16,000 nt of DNA from positions 296,749-312,748 of the forward strand of contig CBDEUM010000038.1 in NCBI GenBank assembly GCA_965242925.1. The letters are read 5' to 3'. Below, piece after piece: positions 1 through 5,997 of this stretch (the stretch's first letter is position 1; each line of letters begins with the position of its first letter). Both the position numbers and the translations under genes were made by a program. Origin of the DNA: Roseibacillus sp. GTDB taxonomy: Bacteria; Verrucomicrobiota; Verrucomicrobiia; Verrucomicrobiales; Akkermansiaceae. The notes under the pieces were generated by a model. The model did not search any database. It saw nothing but the letters and a program-made list of their open reading frames with translations, and had not been told where the DNA came from.

Positions 1-1138
1 CCTTACGGAAGGAAAGCGGCACCTTCGGGAAGGTGGACTCATAGCGTGTCCAGCGCATGAAGTTGTTGTTCTCGCCCTGATAGTAGAGGACACCACGGAG
101 GCCCAGTCGGCGAATGGGCATCACGGTCGCATTAAACAAGCCGGCTGGTGGACTCCATCCGGCACGGGCATCGCCGGGTTTCTTGGGCAGTCGCAAACGG
201 GGCTCTTTTTTTCCCTCAGCCCTGGCCCTGGCAACCCTGGGGCCGTGTTCCTTGCGCGCAGTATCACAGTCCTTTTCCCATTGTTCCATCAACCCGGCAA
301 CCTGTTTTGGGTCATCCCAGATGGCGGTCTGTGCATCGTGCTCGGCAAGCACGGTTTTCATGAGGTCTCCCCCGATGCTGTCCAGTTCCTCGCGCAGGCA
401 CCATGTCTGGCCCAAGGTGCCTCCGCGGGCGACATTGATGATCCCGACAGGCACCTTCAGGTAGCGGTGGAGGAAGGTGCCGTAAAGGTAGGGAACTGCA
501 GAGAAACGAAGCGCGGTTTGAGGAGAGCATGCCTGCCATTGGATTTTTTTACGCACGTCCGGAAGGGGCTTGTACCAGGAATCCTCCCATGCAATGTAGC
601 GCAGTCCGGGAAAATCAGCGGAAGCAGCTTCACGGTCCTTGCGGTTGAAATTGCTCCAACCCATGTTGCTTTGCCCGGCGCAGAGCCAGATCTCCCCGAT
701 AAGCACATTCGCCACCACCGCCATCTGCGTCCCGGACTCGGCGATGAGCCAGGTGGGCTGGAAACTGGCCTTTGCGGAGGGGAACTGCACGCTCCAGCGA
801 CCATCTTTACCGGCCTGGGTCTTGAGGGTCCGGGTCTCCAGCCTTGGGGGATTCTTTTCCACATACTGCATCGATACCGTGTAGCCGTCAGGGTCTTCGT
901 CGGCATCGGAGTTCCCACCAGTCTTCTCCGCAGCCGACCTCCCAGCGGCGGCATCCTGGGTCATGGTAATCTTCACTTCAGCATTCGGCTTGGTCCATCC
1001 CCACAGGGTGATGGGTTTCTGCTGCTGCAAGACCATGTGGTCACTGATGATCCTGGCGAAACGAAGGGCTTCCGCATCCTGCGCAGTAGCCTGCGAGGCA
1101 AGTGCCATTACGATAAAAATAGAGAAAATAAATTTCAT
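1..1138 (-). CDS. Sialate O-acetylesterase-like (SASA/DUF303, SGNH-type) secreted esterase; first 379 codons only, C-terminus lies beyond the window start; not in the supplied ORF track
   Basis: Manual minus-strand translation from ATG 1138-1136 gives MKFIFSIFIVMALASQATA|QDAEALRFARIISDHMVLQQQKPITLWGWTKPNAEVKI... Family hallmarks are GEIWLCAGQSNM (Met codon 664-662), VPVGIINVARGGT and LRGVLYYQGENN (last Asn codon 64-62). Both checkpoints are in frame with the ATG (1138-664=474 and 1138-64=1074, both multiples of 3). I saw no stop in my by-eye translation of this frame down to position 1. That fits its absence from an ATG-to-stop ORF track, and the track lists no other ORF in this frame here. 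Confidence 0.8.
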   Translation of the reverse strand, partial: MKFIFSIFIVMALASQATAQDAEALRFARIISDHMVLQQQKPITLWGWTKPNAEVKITMTQDAAAGRSAAEKTGGNSDADEDPDGYTVSMQYVEKNPPRLETRTLKTQAGKDGRWSVQFPSAKASFQPTWLIAESGTQMAVVANVLIGEIWLCAGQSNMGWSNFNRKDREAASADFPGLRYIAWEDSWYKPLPDVRKKIQWQACSPQTALRFSAVPYLYGTFLHRYLKVPVGIINVARGGTLGQTWCLREELDSIGGDLMKTVLAEHDAQTAIWDDPKQVAGLMEQWEKDCDTARKEHGPRVARARAEGKKEPRLRLPKKPGDARAGWSPPAGLFNATVMPIRRLGLRGVLYYQGENNNFMRWTRYESTFPKVPLSFRK

Positions 1139-1338
1139 TTCTGTTCTGTTAGGATTGTCTGCAGGTTTGCGCGGTATTCGCGAACCGGTTTGGCGATTGG
1201 CCGTCGTGCAGCCTTTGTGCTGCTGCTGGGCACGCTCCTGGAAGTGGCATTTGTTTCAGGCGAGGCCTGGGGAGATTCCTCCTTCTTTCCGCAGCCGGCC
1301 ACAAACAATCCAATGACAACTGGAATCAGCGCTTTCAT
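1135..1338 (-). CDS. Small (67 aa) predicted lipoprotein, function unknown
   Basis: The internal ATG at 1338-1336 of track ORF 1135..1488 gives MKALIPVVIGLFVAGC|GKKEESPQ..., with a hydrophobic core and lipobox VAGC. The remainder is Ser/Pro/Lys/Arg-rich and probably disordered. Its TGA (1137-1135) overlaps the downstream esterase ATG (1138-1136) as ATGA. I recognise no homology, so coding status rests on the signal peptide and the coupling geometry. Confidence 0.5.
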   Translation of the reverse strand: MKALIPVVIGLFVAGCGKKEESPQASPETNATSRSVPSSSTKAARRPIAKPVREYRANLQTILTEQK

Positions 1339-1450
1339 CGTTGATGAGAATCCTACCTCGGCGTTCTGATTCAGAGAAGCCCGGTGGGTTCTTACTTCGA
1401 TCCCGTTGGTTTCGACAAATCGTCGGAGATAGAAGGTCGATCGCCTGTGC

Positions 1451-4246
1451 TTAGTCTTCGCCCGCGCTTTTCCGGGGGTCGGCGGCATTGTAGAGGTCCT
1501 GAACGTCCTGTTCGTTCAGTGCCCGGCCGAAAAGTGCGAACTCCGCGAGGGCGCCCTTCAGAGGGGCAAAGAAGTCGCTGCGGGCCCCGAGAAAGAAGTC
1601 CTTTGACTGGCCGGTGGTTGGTTTGATCTCCCCGTTGATTTCGAGGTGCCCATTCAACCACGCCAGCACGCGTTGATCCTTCCTGACAAAGACGACATGA
1701 TTCCATTTGCCCACCGGGATCACGGTCTTGCCGATAAGGACGTCGTCGGCTTCGTTGCCGTTGAAAACGAGGAGTTTCCCGGGATAGCTGTTTCGGTAGA
1801 GGCCCCCGATTCCCAAATGGTCGCCAGGGGCCTGCGGGTTTCCATGCGGACCGCGGGAAAAAAGGTAGGCTGTTACCGGACGAGTCCGGATTGGAAGGTC
1901 GTTCCGGAACCAGAAGGAGGCAGAGTATTCGGTGTCGAACGATGGAAGGGTTCCCCGCATCCGGCCGGCGTCGCACCCGGCCCGGGCCTCAGGGTTGAAT
2001 CGAATCAGTCGTTCGACAGAGAGTCCTTCGGGCTTGTGATCGAGCTTGTGATACAGAAGGGGATTCTTGTCTCGGATGGCTGCCGTATGGTGGGTTGGCC
2101 ACCCGGGGGGCAGGGTGCGGGCGGCGGCGATCCGCTCGACCTGCCTGCGTGCGGCTCGCTTCTTGGCGATCCCAGAACGTTCCCATAGTTTCCGGCAGTC
2201 GGGAGGCGTGAGGGCCCGGTCCCATACGGCGATTTCGTCCAGTTTGCCCTCCAGCCGTTCACCAAACCGGAGAGAAACCGGTTTCGATGGCGTGAACCTG
2301 GCCTCAAGTTCCGCCCGCAGTTCTCCATTGAGGTGGACTTGGAGCTGCTCCTTTGCCCGGACGAGGATAACCATGTTCCATTCGTCGGCGGGGAGGGAGG
2401 TTGATCCGTTGAGCTCGCCAAGGGACAACCGGCTCTTGTGATCAGCGCCCTGCCGGACAATGAGTTCCTGACCCGAGGGAAGGCGGACAAGGCAGCCCTC
2501 ACGCTCAGAGGCGCCACTGCGCTCGCCCAGCCAGTACCACAAGGCCACCGTGAACTCCGATGGGAGCGGCAAGTCGGATTCGAGATGTCCGTCCACGAGG
2601 TGCATGGCCCGATTTATTCTCCCCCTCGCGTTGAGAGGAGAAGGGGTCAGGGCCTGCTCTTCGGCACAACCCGACCCGCTGCCGACTCCCGGCAGGTAGC
2701 GGGCAACTTTTCCATGAACGCGCAGGGCAGGGTGGTCGAGTTCGTGGTTGGCCCTGGCGGTTTGCCCCCCGAGGTCGTCGAGGGGCCAGTGGGCTCGCAC
2801 ACCCGTGTCCCGGTAGGCGTTGCTGGAGAGGACTTCAGCCTTTCTTGGTTTCCCCGCCACCTGCTCGAGTCCGCGAAGGAGGGTATCCACGATCCGGGAT
2901 TCGGAGCTGATTTCGAGGCCGGCCGTCCGGGCGGGCCAGGTCGTGTATCCGCCGAGGGTGTGTTGTTCCCGCGGTGGGATGTAGCCTTCCGCGCCATTGG
3001 CGAGCTCGATGTTGATCTGACTCTCAAGGGGAGAGTGCACCTTCAATTTCAACCCGGTGAGAGCGTAGACTTCATTGGGGAGAGTGGCGATGCCCAGGCC
3101 GCCGATGCGGATCGATTGCATCTTGAGCTCGGCCTTGGGACATTCGTGCAGGATGGAGGCCTCCATGGCGTAGATGTCCTGCTGGGAGCGGGGGAGGGCG
3201 CCCTGCAGGCGGGTCAGGCGATCCCGGGCCCAGGCGAGGCGTTGTTCTTCGGGACGGCGCCAGTCGAGGACGAGTTTCTGTTCAACCATCCCGAGGGGCA
3301 GATGGTCGTGCCACCGGATTGCTCGATAAGCGCGCATGGCATATTGAGCGACCTCGGCTGAATACTGATCCATGGTCTGTCTTCCGCGCGCAGCGCCGTA
3401 GTCCATCCACATCAGGTCTCCGCTCGTGCCCTGCGAGATCATGGCCACGAAGGGGCCCTCACTGGAAGGTTGGCCCAGGTTGTGCGCGATGTGCCGGCAG
3501 AAGGCTCCGAAGTAGTCTGCGGAGAGGAGCCCGGATCCATAATAGTGTTGCGAATAGTTGGCGAAGAGGGCGAGCGGCCTGCCGTGGGGGGTTTGCACAG
3601 CGAAGAGGCTCAGTTCTGGATCCACCGGGCCGGAGGGTCCGATCACGTTTGAACTGAGGTGTCCGGGATGCATGTTGGCGTGAATGTTCCGCACTCCGAA
3701 GGGATCGGTTCCGGTGCGATCCAGTCGGAAGATCCAGCGCCGGTTGTGGGTGTGCTCCCAGTCGTCAATGGAGGCCCACCCGATGCGGGCGGGTTCGAGT
3801 CTGTTCAGAGCCTCGATCATGCACTCCGCGATCTTGCCGGGGAGCCATTTCGCGTAGTCCGGGTCCATCCGGCTCCCGAGGCACCCCATCGCGGCGGGGG
3901 CGCTGTGGGTGTGGGTGGCGGAGACCATCATCCTGGCAGTGGATAGCCCGGTCTTCCGGTGAACCTCTTCCTTTGCCTTGTCGATCAACTCCCGCGGCAC
4001 CATGCAGGTGTCGACCACGCAGAAGATGATCTTTGTTTCGCCGTCATCCAGGGCGACGCTGCGGGCAAAGAGGGGATCGAGGACGCGGGTGGCCGAGCGC
4101 TCGGTGAACATCCCGTTGACCCGGACCGGATAAGCGGGCGGAGAAATGTCGACCGCGGACGAGCCGGCCTGGAATTCCTGTTTTGCCCACACGCTGCCGA
4201 ACAGAAGAACCCCGACGAGGGCTCGTCTCATCATGGATGAAACCAT
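1451..4246 (-). CDS. Secreted neutral/alkaline-ceramidase-N-domain-like hydrolase fused to two C-terminal LamG (concanavalin-A-like lectin) domains
   Basis: 931-aa ORF with signal peptide MVSSMMRRALVGVLLFGSVWA|KQ. Alternative starts are Met5 and Met6 at 4234 and 4231. See the two domain features below for motifs. Confidence 0.8.
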   Translation of the reverse strand: MVSSMMRRALVGVLLFGSVWAKQEFQAGSSAVDISPPAYPVRVNGMFTERSATRVLDPLFARSVALDDGETKIIFCVVDTCMVPRELIDKAKEEVHRKTGLSTARMMVSATHTHSAPAAMGCLGSRMDPDYAKWLPGKIAECMIEALNRLEPARIGWASIDDWEHTHNRRWIFRLDRTGTDPFGVRNIHANMHPGHLSSNVIGPSGPVDPELSLFAVQTPHGRPLALFANYSQHYYGSGLLSADYFGAFCRHIAHNLGQPSSEGPFVAMISQGTSGDLMWMDYGAARGRQTMDQYSAEVAQYAMRAYRAIRWHDHLPLGMVEQKLVLDWRRPEEQRLAWARDRLTRLQGALPRSQQDIYAMEASILHECPKAELKMQSIRIGGLGIATLPNEVYALTGLKLKVHSPLESQINIELANGAEGYIPPREQHTLGGYTTWPARTAGLEISSESRIVDTLLRGLEQVAGKPRKAEVLSSNAYRDTGVRAHWPLDDLGGQTARANHELDHPALRVHGKVARYLPGVGSGSGCAEEQALTPSPLNARGRINRAMHLVDGHLESDLPLPSEFTVALWYWLGERSGASEREGCLVRLPSGQELIVRQGADHKSRLSLGELNGSTSLPADEWNMVILVRAKEQLQVHLNGELRAELEARFTPSKPVSLRFGERLEGKLDEIAVWDRALTPPDCRKLWERSGIAKKRAARRQVERIAAARTLPPGWPTHHTAAIRDKNPLLYHKLDHKPEGLSVERLIRFNPEARAGCDAGRMRGTLPSFDTEYSASFWFRNDLPIRTRPVTAYLFSRGPHGNPQAPGDHLGIGGLYRNSYPGKLLVFNGNEADDVLIGKTVIPVGKWNHVVFVRKDQRVLAWLNGHLEINGEIKPTTGQSKDFFLGARSDFFAPLKGALAEFALFGRALNEQDVQDLYNAADPRKSAGED
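1472..2809 (-). other. Two tandem LamG / Laminin_G_3-like jelly-roll domains (aa ~480-690 and ~725-925)
   Basis: Each unit has the Laminin_G_3 pattern of a Trp-containing core strand and a terminal G-x-L-D/A-E-hydrophobic...L-(T/N)...(L/W) motif. Unit 1: FTVALWYW...EWNMVILVR...LEGKLDEIAVWDRALTPPDCRKLW. Unit 2: YSASFWFR...KWNHVVFVR...LKGALAEFALFGRALNEQDVQDLY. Confidence 0.6.
2852..4174 (-). other. Ceramidase_alk-like catalytic domain (aa ~25-465 of the 931-aa protein)
   Basis: Motifs typical of the neutral ceramidase N-terminal domain: SSAVDISPP, LDPLFARSVALDDG, MMVSATHTHSAP (Zn-binding His motif), LPNEVYALTG, ELANGAEGYIPPREQHTLGGYTTW. The assignment is to the fold family; the substrate is unknown. 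Confidence 0.6.
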
Positions 4247-4259
4247 GACAGAGCTTATG

Positions 4260-4312
4260 CCCCGCCCCCATTCGAGCCAATGTCGAATGTCCGGACTTTC
4301 CGGGGTGGGGGG
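4260..4312 (-). other. Nested GC-rich hairpin cluster in the 140-nt spacer between the M60 peptidase and ceramidase-like genes
   Basis: Plus-strand reading: outer arms CCCCGCCCC (4260-4268) and GGGGTGGGG (4302-4310) pair at 8 of 9 positions. The centre is a G.T wobble on the plus strand and an A.C mismatch in the minus-strand RNA. Inside them are a perfect 7-bp hairpin CATTCGA (4269-4275) / TCGAATG (4283-4289) and a 5-bp hairpin CCGGA (4291-4295) / TCCGG (4299-4303). No U-tract follows on the minus strand, so this is not a canonical terminator. Confidence 0.35.
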
Positions 4313-4386
4313 AAGCGGTGATGAGCCGACTTTTTACAACCTGCTCAAGCAGGTGGTCGCTGGAATGTAAAAGGTGTCGCTCGGCC

Positions 4387-5934
4387 TCAATCCTTGAGGA
4401 GGGTGAGATCCTGGGAGGGCTTCGGGTACTTCTTTTTGGCAATGTAAGCCTTGGTTTCGGCAACCATTTCTTCTGTTACCACGAAATGATAGTTCCGGTA
4501 GTCCTTGAGCTTGATCTCTCCGATGTAGAAGAAGCCCCACTTCTCGAAGAAGTCGGTGAGGTCCACCTGTCCGACGTCACAGCAGATCCGGATAAACTGG
4601 AACTGGTTCCGGATGGAGTCGTTTCCCCGTCCGGCATCGGGACGGTTGCGCATCTCCTCCATGACATCGGGATAAAAGTCGGGCTTGCCATTGCGAAGGA
4701 AGTAGAGGTGCAACTGCCAGAGGGGAACGAGGCGATTGAATACATCAGGATCCTGCAGGTAGGAGATCCGGGGATCTGACTCGATGATCTTCTGGCGGGC
4801 CTTGGCGTAATTCTTCTGCCCGGTCAACCGACTCTCGTTCCCCATCTTTCCGCGGGTGTACATCGAGAAGATATTGCAACTCACCTCGGTCATGCCTCCC
4901 CAGGTGATCTGGGGGCGCAGTTGCAGCACGTGACCCGCTTCATGGCAGAAGCCCCAGCAGGGATCTCCCTTGGTGACCACGTCCGGGTTCGCAACCATGC
5001 GCATGGTGCCCTTGTTCCCGAAGTAGGCGACGCCATCGCGATCCCGGAACATGTAGTAGTTGTAGTTCACACGTGCCAGGATCCGGTTGGGCGGAATCTT
5101 CTTGTACTTCACCAGTCCCAGCACGGTGTAGTGATGACGCAGCATGATGTCGTAATTGTTGATCAACTCCACGCCCTTGCCGCGGGTGTGGACCTTGAAC
5201 CACTCCACGGGGTAGGCGACCTGGATGTGTTTGCCGCGGGCATCGAGGATTGGGCTCACCGCATTGTCGAGGAGGCGGTTCCAATCGTCGTTGTCATGCC
5301 TGGCGACATCAAAGTAGCCATTGACTTCTCCGGTGGGAAAATGGACCGGCACGGCCGGGGCTTTTTCCGGATGATCGTCGTAGTAGCTGAGGTAGACGAG
5401 ACCGCCTTTTTCAACCTCGATGACATTCACTCCGGGTTGGAGACCGATCACTTGGCGTTTCAGGCCCCATCCGTTCGGGTCCTTGGAGGGCTCAATCCCG
5501 GGAGCGGGCTTGCGCATCCAGTCAGGTACGAGAAGGGAGAGTTTCCGGCCTCCAGAATCACCCGCCAGGACCACATGCTCTCCTTTGCCCAGATGAATTC
5601 CGGTGATGTTTTCGTAGCGACTGAAACCGTCCCCGAGTTTGATGGTGCGTTGCAGGGCCTGGGGAGAGGGGTAGGCCCTGTAGGTGGTGGCTCGATAGGT
5701 TGCGTCGTAGTTGCCGCCGAGAAGTTGCCCGGCCACATTCTTCAGCAGTTTGCTCCTGAACTGGGTCAGATCCTTCTTCTGCACCTCCTTCTTCAACTTC
5801 CGGCAGCTCTTGTCCGTAAAAAAGGAGGTGTCGGCCCTGAGGGCCTCGGCATTCTGGGCGGCTCCGGACGGGAGTGCCCCGAGGGCCAGGAGAGCGAGCA
5901 GGAATAACGAACCAGTTGATCTTCGGGAGGGCAT
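4387..5934 (-). CDS. Secreted peptidase M60 family (enhancin/mucinase-like) zinc metallopeptidase
   Basis: 515-aa ORF with signal peptide MPSRRSTGSLFLLALLALGALPSGAA|QN. It carries a gluzincin motif HEAGH...E and M60-typical context: GDGFSRYENITGIHL (M60 N-domain-like), YFGNKGTMRMV, DPCWGFCHEAGH, NRLVPLWQLHLYF, DLTDFFEKWGFF. Confidence 0.85.
   Translation of the reverse strand: MPSRRSTGSLFLLALLALGALPSGAAQNAEALRADTSFFTDKSCRKLKKEVQKKDLTQFRSKLLKNVAGQLLGGNYDATYRATTYRAYPSPQALQRTIKLGDGFSRYENITGIHLGKGEHVVLAGDSGGRKLSLLVPDWMRKPAPGIEPSKDPNGWGLKRQVIGLQPGVNVIEVEKGGLVYLSYYDDHPEKAPAVPVHFPTGEVNGYFDVARHDNDDWNRLLDNAVSPILDARGKHIQVAYPVEWFKVHTRGKGVELINNYDIMLRHHYTVLGLVKYKKIPPNRILARVNYNYYMFRDRDGVAYFGNKGTMRMVANPDVVTKGDPCWGFCHEAGHVLQLRPQITWGGMTEVSCNIFSMYTRGKMGNESRLTGQKNYAKARQKIIESDPRISYLQDPDVFNRLVPLWQLHLYFLRNGKPDFYPDVMEEMRNRPDAGRGNDSIRNQFQFIRICCDVGQVDLTDFFEKWGFFYIGEIKLKDYRNYHFVVTEEMVAETKAYIAKKKYPKPSQDLTLLKD
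4885..4944 (-). other. Catalytic HEXXH-(x14)-E zinc-binding motif of the M60 peptidase
   Basis: Codons CAT GAA GCG GGT CAC (4944-4930) encode HEAGH (aa 331-335). The downstream Glu350 sits in GGMTEVS (codon 4887-4885). This matches the M60 consensus HEXXHX(8,28)E. Confidence 0.8.
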
Positions 5935-5997
5935 GACGCAGCGTTCCCAGTCGAGCCTTCGTAGTCAATACACGAAGCCCGGGAAGCGGTGGTTTTA

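Noticed and set aside
206-550. Two T7 homopolymer runs (206-212 and 544-550; A7 on the coding strand) inside the esterase gene as potential phase-variation slippage tracts
   Set aside because: Seven bases is short for slipped-strand switching. Both simply encode Lys-Lys (GKKEP, RKKIQ). There is no evidence of a frameshifted state here.
245-1369. 374-aa plus-strand ORF and 165-aa minus ORF (457..954) covering the first kilobase
   Set aside because: Both translations are Arg/Pro/Gly-rich with no motif. A different minus frame encodes a clean SASA-type esterase with a signal peptide. These are shadow ORFs.
1339-1488. 50-codon extension of the small lipoprotein ORF (MPPTPGKARAKTKHRRS...)
   Set aside because: It would overlap the 3' end of the ceramidase-like gene (stop at 1451) and place the lipobox 66 residues from the N-terminus. 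The start at Met51 (1338) gives a normal lipoprotein signal.
2438-3361. 307-aa plus-strand ORF, and similar plus ORFs at 1646..2188, 3319..3657, 3659..3946, 4921..5907 (328 aa) and 6835..7335
   Set aside because: All are antisense to well-supported minus-strand genes (ceramidase-like, M60, 530-aa protein). Their translations are compositionally skewed and motif-free.
4338-4353. 6-bp hairpin ACCTGC-TCAA-GCAGGT downstream of the M60 stop, considered as an intergenic terminator
   Set aside because: On the transcribed (minus) strand it is followed by an A-run, not a U-run. On the plus strand no gene ends here. It is not a canonical terminator.
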